Shown here one piece after another: positions 57,279 through 64,000 of a stretch of 64,000 nt of DNA. This stretch comes from Patescibacteria group bacterium (GTDB taxonomy: Bacteria; Patescibacteriota; Dojkabacteria; JAHIVN01): positions 839-64,838 of the forward strand of contig JBDRHZ010000001.1 of the NCBI GenBank assembly GCA_043816305.1, in the 5' to 3' direction. Position 1 is the first letter of the stretch, and every line of letters begins with the position of its first letter. Below the pieces are notes generated by a model. That model worked only from the letters and a program-made list of their open reading frames with translations, had not been told where the DNA came from and did not search any database. The position numbers and the translations under genes are program-made.

Positions 57279-58418
57279 ATGAACGATAGTTTCTTCGCTA
57301 CAAATAAATGGGAGAAGTATACAGAAAGAATCATCTCGAAGCTTGAAAAGGAATCTGTATTGATTACAGGCCTTCCCCAAGTCGGAATAAATACCTACAT
57401 TGGATACCTCCGTGATATCTATGAAGCAAAGATCAAATCAGAAAAGAGTATCATAATTTCTATAGAACTATATAGGTTCAATAACATTCCTGATCTTGAG
57501 TCCAGAATAATAGAGATAATCAACCAGAACTTGGGATCTCCAAAAACTCTCGAGGGATCAGGTGTTGAAGATATTCTTCGTAAACTTACAAGTCAGAACT
57601 TTAAGATACTGTTCATACTATATCGCTTAGATAACCTCCTCCCTCATCAACATGTTTTCACATTCCTGCAGACTCTAAGAGCAGTAAATCCTCTTCTAGT
57701 CTCATTTTTATCAACTGCAGATATCAGCTGTCTCACCTCGCCTGAGAAATATGTCAAGGCTGGTCCGCTAGCCTCTTCAAATATTGAACTGTTTCCACTT
57801 CTTGATCTAGAAGAATTGGAAAAAACTATTCAAGGATTCAAAAAGATGTACTCTTGGAACATTCCTGATGAATTACTACCGGAGATTTATGAACTTTCCG
57901 GAGGAGTTCGCGGCTTATGTAAATACATCTGTAAATATATAAGCGATCACTCCCCAAAAGAATTAAATCCAGAGGATCTCATCGGCTACACTGGAATCGG
58001 ATTCCGTACTAAAGAGATTTACGAGAAACTCGTGGAGACTGATCTTATCGAAAAAGGATCTTTGAACACCAATCGTAAGGAGATCTTAGGCAGAATTGGC
58101 GTTCTAGACAAGGAGGGAAACCTAAGAATTGAGCTGCTTCAGCCCTATTTAAAACAAGCTTTTTCTGCTGAGATTCAAAGATACAAAGATCTATCTAACC
58201 AAGAAAGGGATGTTTTTCAATATTTTAGAGAGCACAGCAGCAAGATCATCACAGTTGATGAGATCGCAAACCTGCTCTGGGGAGATGAAGAGCAGGAAAA
58301 ATTCTCTCTTTGGGCTATATATAAGATGATCTCTAATCTTAATAGAAAGATCAAAAATTTTGGATTTGAAATTATAAATTATCGGGGAAGAGGGTATCAA
58401 CTAGTCGAAACTAAATAA
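57279..58418 (+). CDS. regulator: degenerate P-loop/STAND-like N-domain + C-terminal OmpR/PhoB-type winged HTH (paralog 2)
   Basis: Colinear with 51720-52931: VLITGLPQVGINT, ILFILYRLDN, LSGGVRGLCKY, and C-terminal LSNQERDVFQYF...VDEIANLLW...AIYKMISNLNRKIKNFGFEIINYRGRGYQL. The start at 57279 (MNDSFF) aligns with the paralog N-terminus. The track start at 57219 would cover a TATAAT at 57246-57251. Confidence 0.75.
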   Translation: MNDSFFATNKWEKYTERIISKLEKESVLITGLPQVGINTYIGYLRDIYEAKIKSEKSIIISIELYRFNNIPDLESRIIEIINQNLGSPKTLEGSGVEDILRKLTSQNFKILFILYRLDNLLPHQHVFTFLQTLRAVNPLLVSFLSTADISCLTSPEKYVKAGPLASSNIELFPLLDLEELEKTIQGFKKMYSWNIPDELLPEIYELSGGVRGLCKYICKYISDHSPKELNPEDLIGYTGIGFRTKEIYEKLVETDLIEKGSLNTNRKEILGRIGVLDKEGNLRIELLQPYLKQAFSAEIQRYKDLSNQERDVFQYFREHSSKIITVDEIANLLWGDEEQEKFSLWAIYKMISNLNRKIKNFGFEIINYRGRGYQLVETK

Positions 58419-58463
58419 ACTGCCTCCTTGTCATCCAGAAAACACTCTTAGAAAATCATAAAA

Positions 58464-59804
58464 ATGGAATCTCCACATTTAAATACAGAAGCTGCCGTCT
58501 TTTACAGTCAGCTCAGAGACGACACATCTCTTGCACTTCGATCATTAGAAGCCGAGGGTCTTTCCCCCTTCAAACCTGAAACATTACCTGGGCTTGGCGT
58601 ATACTATCCCATTACAGATCCTAGTATCAGACGATCCAGCCCCACAGTAATCCATCTTGTCGGAAGTTCATGCTCGGGAAAAACTACACTAGGTCATGAA
58701 CTATTTCTCGAAGATCCTCTTCAATCATTATTTGTAGAGGCAAAAGTTGACGATGTTTTTTTAGTTCTTAGAGAAGACAAATTATTCTGGGATTTATTTC
58801 GTGCCTATCCAGAACACAGCTTCACAATGTTCGTAGAATACATTCGTGCTCACTTAATTTTTAAAAGAATTGCAGCAACTCTTTCTCTCCCTACACCCCA
58901 AGCTCTGGTAACAGGAAATAAAAAGATCCATCCACTTCTACAAGAAGAGTTACGTGTTATAGATACCCATATGCGTATAGCACGTGAGACTTTTGCAGAT
59001 GAGTTTTTTTACCCTTACTTTTACGATATGGTAGAAAGTTACCGCAGAAGATTTGGATACGATCCTCAAGCATCTTCTGAACAGCGTATTCATACTTTTC
59101 TAAACGAACTAGGTTTAGATATTGCTACTTTAACTGTTGAAGATCAGGCCATGCTTCTTGCAATCAGCCAAATGATGCATATCGTTACTGCCAAAGAAGT
59201 AAAAATGATGTCGGTAGAAATAGCAGAGCAGACTCCAATCAGAATAGGTTATTGGTTAGATGTTTTAGAAATCGAAAAAAGCGATCGAACTCGTACATCA
59301 GAGATTCTGAAACTTGCTGAAATGTTAATGGCTCTTAGAACAGAAAATTATAAGCGTGCATATTCAAACATGGCCCTAAATCCACGCTTGGATACTAAAA
59401 CACGATTAGGCATTTTCGACGAGGGAGAGTATAACAGGTCAGCCGTATTTTCAGCCCTAGCTTTACTAGACCTTATTGTTCCTGACCCCCCCTCGTGGGA
59501 AAACTTTTCTTTAAGTCCACTTCTTCACACAAGTCGCTTTTATGGCCAGAAAGGGTGGGCCAAAGACATTATTGTTCTATTTCTTACCCCCCCCAACACA
59601 ACTCTTCTAAGAGCCGGTCGTACAAGTAACTTCATTATGAACCCTGAGACACTACAAGCAATATATCATCAACACCTTCGCTTATTTCATCATATAAGAG
59701 AACAAAGATCTAGAGCTGTAGGATTAATAGCTATTAACGCGGCAGGCTCTTTAGAAGATACAAGGCAGCAATTCGAAAGAGCCGTAAATTTGACACTTGA
59801 CTGA
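58464..59804 (+). CDS. P-loop kinase-like protein, paralog D (446 aa, lacks the long N-terminal domain)
   Basis: Contains the Walker A motif HLVGSSCSGKTTLGHE, the later motif IIVLFLTPPNTTLLRAGRTS, and the C-terminal GLIAINAAGSLEDTRQQFERAV, a typical last strand and helix of small kinases. Confidence 0.7.
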   Translation: MESPHLNTEAAVFYSQLRDDTSLALRSLEAEGLSPFKPETLPGLGVYYPITDPSIRRSSPTVIHLVGSSCSGKTTLGHELFLEDPLQSLFVEAKVDDVFLVLREDKLFWDLFRAYPEHSFTMFVEYIRAHLIFKRIAATLSLPTPQALVTGNKKIHPLLQEELRVIDTHMRIARETFADEFFYPYFYDMVESYRRRFGYDPQASSEQRIHTFLNELGLDIATLTVEDQAMLLAISQMMHIVTAKEVKMMSVEIAEQTPIRIGYWLDVLEIEKSDRTRTSEILKLAEMLMALRTENYKRAYSNMALNPRLDTKTRLGIFDEGEYNRSAVFSALALLDLIVPDPPSWENFSLSPLLHTSRFYGQKGWAKDIIVLFLTPPNTTLLRAGRTSNFIMNPETLQAIYHQHLRLFHHIREQRSRAVGLIAINAAGSLEDTRQQFERAVNLTLD

Positions 59805-59840
59805 GGAAGTTTCCTTTAGTTCATGTATAAAATGACATTC

Positions 59841-59999
59841 TTACACCTCACAATAATACCCGCACTTTTGGCAGAAATGTACATGACGTCGAGCGTTAAA
59901 GTACATTTCCAAAAGTTCTCCACAGCGCGGACAGCTCACATCCACCATCTCCAAATCATCCCACTTCTCATAATCAGCGTTTGATCGATTATGGTACAT
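59841..59999 (-). CDS. small zinc-ribbon protein ZnR-3 (52 aa, not in ORF track)
   Basis: My translation of the minus strand gives MYHNRSNADYEKWDDLEMVDVSCPRCGELLEMYFNARRHVHFCQKCGYYCEV*. It has CPRCG...CQKCG and is convergent with paralog D, 37 nt beyond its stop. Confidence 0.5.
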   Translation of the reverse strand: MYHNRSNADYEKWDDLEMVDVSCPRCGELLEMYFNARRHVHFCQKCGYYCEV

Positions 60000-60183
60000 A
60001 CGTACAAATAAACAATTATTATTTATAATATTTTAAACGTCAGAGCCAGAGAGGTATCACTTAGAAGGAGATCAAAATTTTGTGATTGGGTTATTAGGTT
60101 ATTTGTTAGTCTGGTAATTTAATAACTATTCCCTCTTCAAGATTAAGATTTTAAGACTACGGATTACTTCCAGGCCTATCAGC

Positions 60184-61248
60184 TCATCGGCCCATCAGCC
60201 CATAAGCCAACAGTTTGTCCCTCGTTCTTACATAATGTTCATTCATATGCAGAAATTCATATGGATTATGCTCCAGAAATTTCCAAAAGTCTCTCAGCCA
60301 GAAAAATGACAATAAATGTACCATCCCAGGGCTATTAATGGACTTAATAGATAATGAATTCTTTCCACGTTTGTTATACCCGCTAATCAGGAATCTCTTT
60401 CGAACAGTTGCCTCCTTCTTATATTTACAATCGATAATCAGAAATGCAAGTGTTCTGGCAATATCTGCTATAACTGGTCCGACACAGACCTTTTCGAAAT
60501 CGAGAATACCAATAATAGGATAAATATCAAGCTTTTTGTCAAGTTTATCTGAGAATAAAATGTTTCCGCGGACAAAGTCGTAGTGAAGAATAGCTTGCGT
60601 CAAAGGACCCGCCTTTGGCTGGGATTGCCTTAACACTGAATCAAGAACCTTCAAAATCATTTTCCAATTTAGTCCAACCTTTAATTTTCTAATAATCCAC
60701 GGTTCAACTTTCTCAAAATATGTCTTCATCTCCTCGATTTCCTTCTCAGTCAAATCCTGCCATTTGGGTAGTTTTTGGAACACGTCTTGGGTATTGGAAA
60801 TTGAAATTTGGTTATTATTTGAAAATTGGGATTTGGTCATTGAGATTCCCCGCAGGGCATAATGCATATCCGACAACGTCTTGCCTATCGATTTGAGGTG
60901 TCGCCGTGTATAAGCTTCCCAGGGAATAGTCTCCCCCTCGAGATAATCATAAAGTGCACAGTAATGATACCCTTCTTTCGTATGCACTCTCTTGTATTCT
61001 TCTTTATCGCAGGTCAGAACCGGTATGCGTGTGATAAATCCATAAGAATCGAGCAATTTAGCAACAAAATGTGAATTCTCTATAACCTGACGAATCTTAC
61101 TTTCTCTTTTATAAATAATAAATACGTATCTCTTTGAACCGGTGCTGACCTCGAAACACAGATTCCTGAAACCCCCAGCAAGTTTCAAGATTTTACTGAT
61201 AGAAACATTATAGTTTTTCGAAACAATATCGATTATCAAATCATTCAT
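60184..61248 (-). CDS. aminoglycoside/choline/homoserine kinase-type phosphotransferase (APH family)
   Basis: Contains the catalytic loop LHYDFVRGNILF (HxDxxxxN) and the Mg-binding motif ILDFEK. Confidence 0.8.
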   Translation of the reverse strand: MNDLIIDIVSKNYNVSISKILKLAGGFRNLCFEVSTGSKRYVFIIYKRESKIRQVIENSHFVAKLLDSYGFITRIPVLTCDKEEYKRVHTKEGYHYCALYDYLEGETIPWEAYTRRHLKSIGKTLSDMHYALRGISMTKSQFSNNNQISISNTQDVFQKLPKWQDLTEKEIEEMKTYFEKVEPWIIRKLKVGLNWKMILKVLDSVLRQSQPKAGPLTQAILHYDFVRGNILFSDKLDKKLDIYPIIGILDFEKVCVGPVIADIARTLAFLIIDCKYKKEATVRKRFLISGYNKRGKNSLSIKSINSPGMVHLLSFFWLRDFWKFLEHNPYEFLHMNEHYVRTRDKLLAYGLMGR

Positions 61249-61343
61249 AAGTTCTTATCAATCTTATACCGATTATATTACAACTTGATTTACAAATCGA
61301 AATAAACTAATCTCTACCTATAATCTGTTTAAGCTTTCATAAC

Positions 61344-61856
61344 ATGAAAACAAACAAAATCCTTATGGTTATTGCCCCCTCCAATTACAGAGATGAAGAG
61401 TTGGAGATACCCAAGGAAATTTTCGAAAAAGCAGGTTTTGATGTTAGAATCGCTTCAAAAGGAGTTGTGAAAGCTGACGGTATACTTGGTGGAACTACGG
61501 ATGTCGATCTGGATATAGAAGATGTCATAGCATATAACTATGATGCAGTTGTTTTTATCGGTGGCTCTGGAGCAAGTGAATATTTTAATAATAATGATGC
61601 CTTAAGAATAGCAGAGGATGCTTCGAATAGTGGAATAGTACTGGGGGCTATTTGCATTGCCCCTTCGATACTGGCCAATGCAGGACTACTTAATGGCAAA
61701 AAAGCAACAGCCTTTCCCTCTGAAAAAGATAATTTAGCGAAAAAAGGTGCACATTATACAGGTGATTTGGTTACAGTTGACGGGAAAATAGTTACAGCAA
61801 AAGGACCAGAGGCTGCTGAAGAATTTGGTGAGAAAATTATTAGGTTATTAAGATAA
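61344..61856 (+). CDS. DJ-1/PfpI family protein
   Basis: 170 aa with the nucleophile elbow GAICIAPSILA and the motif FIGGSG. Confidence 0.85.
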   Translation: MKTNKILMVIAPSNYRDEELEIPKEIFEKAGFDVRIASKGVVKADGILGGTTDVDLDIEDVIAYNYDAVVFIGGSGASEYFNNNDALRIAEDASNSGIVLGAICIAPSILANAGLLNGKKATAFPSEKDNLAKKGAHYTGDLVTVDGKIVTAKGPEAAEEFGEKIIRLLR

Positions 61857-61874
61857 TAATTTTGTAATAATAAA

Positions 61875-62564
61875 ATGAAGAAACTAGGTATATTGATACT
61901 GTTAATAATAGCCGCAATTGGCCTAATATTCGTATACATTTCTAGAAACAAGGCTTCAGAAGAGGAAACAAGCCAAGGAGCAAATACTTCTCAAGAGAGT
62001 CAAAATGATGAAGAAAATTCTCCAATTGATCTTATAGATCATAATCCACAAAAGAATATACTACTAGTTCTTGCCTTTCAGGATTTCAATGATCAGGAGT
62101 ACATTAATGTGAAAAATACACTCCGTAGCAATAAGTTTGATGTTATCACGGCATCAACTGAAACAGGTTCTGCAACTGGCATGAAGGGGACAAGAGTCAG
62201 AATAGATCTATCAATTGATGAGATATCGACAGATGACTTTTTAGGCGTCGTTTTCGTCGGAGGCAGTGGTGCCCATATATACTTTGACAATGAGACTGTT
62301 CAAAATCTTGCCAGGAGTTTTTATGACGCAGGAAAGCTAACATCTGCCATCTGCAGCGGACCGGTAATACTAGCAAATGCCGGCCTCTTGCAGGATAAGA
62401 AAGCTACATGTTATCCTGGTTACGAGGAGAACCTGACAAGCAAGGGAGCAACACATACCGGAGATAATGTTACTGTTGACGGAAATATAGTTACGGGCAA
62501 AGGACCAGATGAGGCTAGAGAATTTGCAGAAAAAGTGGTGGAGATGTTAAGTAAGGAAAACTAA
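61875..62564 (+). CDS. DJ-1/PfpI family protein with N-terminal membrane anchor and low-complexity linker
   Basis: An N-terminal TM helix and a S/E/Q/N linker are followed by a DJ-1 core (FVGGSG, SAICSGPVILA). Confidence 0.8.
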   Translation: MKKLGILILLIIAAIGLIFVYISRNKASEEETSQGANTSQESQNDEENSPIDLIDHNPQKNILLVLAFQDFNDQEYINVKNTLRSNKFDVITASTETGSATGMKGTRVRIDLSIDEISTDDFLGVVFVGGSGAHIYFDNETVQNLARSFYDAGKLTSAICSGPVILANAGLLQDKKATCYPGYEENLTSKGATHTGDNVTVDGNIVTGKGPDEAREFAEKVVEMLSKEN

Positions 62565-62586
62565 AATTGCATAATACTATACAGCC

Positions 62587-64000
62587 TTATGGTTTTATCG
62601 TTCCACCCTTATCTTTTACTCTGATAAAATACCCAGAGGTACTAAATATCTTGTAATCCCGCCCATAAGAAACATTTCCTTCCTTGATAAAATTCTCATA
62701 TCTTCCCGACTGCCATTTGGTGATGATGTCAACCCCAACACCAGCCTCTGTGCCTAAATTGATCAAACCTTCTGCTGTATACTCTTTCTCTGGTGAAATT
62801 ATTCCAACCAGATTCCAACCGCTAGTCAAATCCAATGGATATGATTCTTCAAACTGATTTCCAACCAATTCTATTTCTGTCTCCTTATAATTCTTTATAA
62901 AGTATCCTTCCGTTGGGAATAGTTTAAAATCTTCTCCAAAACTTCTCCCATTTCTCTCAGAGTAGATAAGCCATTTTCCCTCCCTTAGAGTTGCTACATG
63001 TGTTACCAATCCCCCCCGATCATTTATTACCCCCAGGAGTTCTGATGCTGTATTTACCGAACTCTCTTGATCTGTATCAAAAGGAAAAGCGATAAGCGTC
63101 CAGCCTCTATCTATTTTATACGTTAAGTTATCAGATATCTTCTTTATCTGTATATCGTCTTGGAACACTGATGTATCTTCTCCCTCATCCATTTGTCCAT
63201 TTTCGTTTATATCTGCATATAGATTCAGTTTTTCTCCGTGAGAATCTGAAACTTCAACTGTTGTTGTATCATCATTTATGCTAATCTCATATAATCCATT
63301 CTCAGAAAGCTCGACAGATGAAACAAATTTATTCTCAGGGATATCCATTCCGAAATCTTCGTATGTATCTATCAAAATTTCCGGAACCTTATTATTTTCG
63401 GTCTCTTCACCTAAAACACTCGCATACAAGTTCTCATCTAAGCTTCCCATTCCTGCTGGAGGCAACTCATCTTCTTTTACCCAGGTTTTCCCGTCTTTTG
63501 CAAGATAATAATCCCTCAACTTATCAAGACTTAAATCCTTAGGACACTTTCCACAATCTTTATCTATCTCATCATTGAAAACAGCTTTCTCTAAAAAACA
63601 GCATCTCAAAAGATGAGAAGATAGAGGACCCAATGTGTCATAAGGATAGAAATGTGCTCCCGAAGTGGCTAAATCTTCAAGGGTATTTGTGTATCCGTAA
63701 TCTTCAGTAGGAGTTTCGTATCCACAGTTAACACAATACGTCTCCTCGAAATCCCTTGGATCCAATTCGGATCTCCACCCTATCGACTTGAACCAGTTAT
63801 TCCTTTGTTCTTTATATATTCTGGTTCCTTCAATAGCAGACAATTTTCGAGTATCATATATATGAATTAGTTCATGCAACATAACCATATTAAATTGTTT
63901 CTTTGCGTCTTCTACATCATGATCGTAAAGTAGAAAAGGCATAAATTCATCATCAAAATAGACATCGAGAAGGTGTAGTTGAGCACAGGCTGTTGCACTC
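62587..64000 (-). CDS. putative zinc metalloprotease-like secreted protein, 5'-truncated by window edge
   Basis: The frame stays open upstream of the track ATG (63942) to nt 64000. It has an HExxH motif (MLHELIH) and a large beta-rich C-terminal region. Confidence 0.55.
   Translation of the reverse strand, partial: SATACAQLHLLDVYFDDEFMPFLLYDHDVEDAKKQFNMVMLHELIHIYDTRKLSAIEGTRIYKEQRNNWFKSIGWRSELDPRDFEETYCVNCGYETPTEDYGYTNTLEDLATSGAHFYPYDTLGPLSSHLLRCCFLEKAVFNDEIDKDCGKCPKDLSLDKLRDYYLAKDGKTWVKEDELPPAGMGSLDENLYASVLGEETENNKVPEILIDTYEDFGMDIPENKFVSSVELSENGLYEISINDDTTTVEVSDSHGEKLNLYADINENGQMDEGEDTSVFQDDIQIKKISDNLTYKIDRGWTLIAFPFDTDQESSVNTASELLGVINDRGGLVTHVATLREGKWLIYSERNGRSFGEDFKLFPTEGYFIKNYKETEIELVGNQFEESYPLDLTSGWNLVGIISPEKEYTAEGLINLGTEAGVGVDIITKWQSGRYENFIKEGNVSYGRDYKIFSTSGYFIRVKDKGGTIKP

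Overview
This is a low-GC window (roughly 35-38% by eye) that is densely coding, with about 65 genes and short intergenic spacers. The gene content suggests a reduced-genome bacterium, possibly Patescibacteria/CPR-like, but that placement is inference only. Supporting features are three TrmB-type regulators, a trigger factor without a PPIase domain, an orphan trpB, a four-helix-bundle (23S IVS-type) cassette and many fusion proteins.

Recognisable housekeeping genes are:
- ridA, panE, ychF and a NIF3-like gene
- an LCP-family protein
- archease, rtcB and a PolX-PHP polymerase
- sufS, sufU and an IscU-like scaffold
- recF, tig, trpB and trpS
- a ThyA-like protein, dus and a dCMP-deaminase-like protein
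- a HIT-Nudix fusion and two DJ-1/PfpI paralogs

RNA features:
- A canonical tRNA-Trp(CCA) lies on the minus strand at 38064-38137.
- A T-box antiterminator/terminator leader sits immediately upstream of it, with a UGGC bulge complementary to that tRNA's GCCA 3' end.
- A perfectly paired but non-canonical tRNA-like cloverleaf (anticodon position UCC) lies at 1384-1455, behind a consensus TTGACA-17-TATAAT promoter.

Mobile and repeat features:
- A RayT/IS200-like Y1 transposase is flanked by REP-like hairpins.
- The four-helix-bundle gene is bracketed by 17-bp perfect inverted repeats.
- A GC-rich palindromic element is inserted in frame in dus.
- An AbiEii-like toxin module is present.
- Short word-stutter repeats occur in many spacers.

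Two conserved genes, an FGE/SUMF1-like gene and a geranylgeranyl-reductase-like gene, each carry a single in-frame stop.

The best candidate for an undescribed system is 49.6-60.0 kb. It holds four highly divergent paralogous P-loop kinase-like proteins (446-681 aa), three small CPxC zinc-ribbon proteins (one lies below the ORF-track cutoff), and two paralogous regulators that combine a degenerate P-loop with a C-terminal OmpR-type wHTH. These are arranged as two divergently transcribed modules. I recognise no characterised family beyond the generic motifs.
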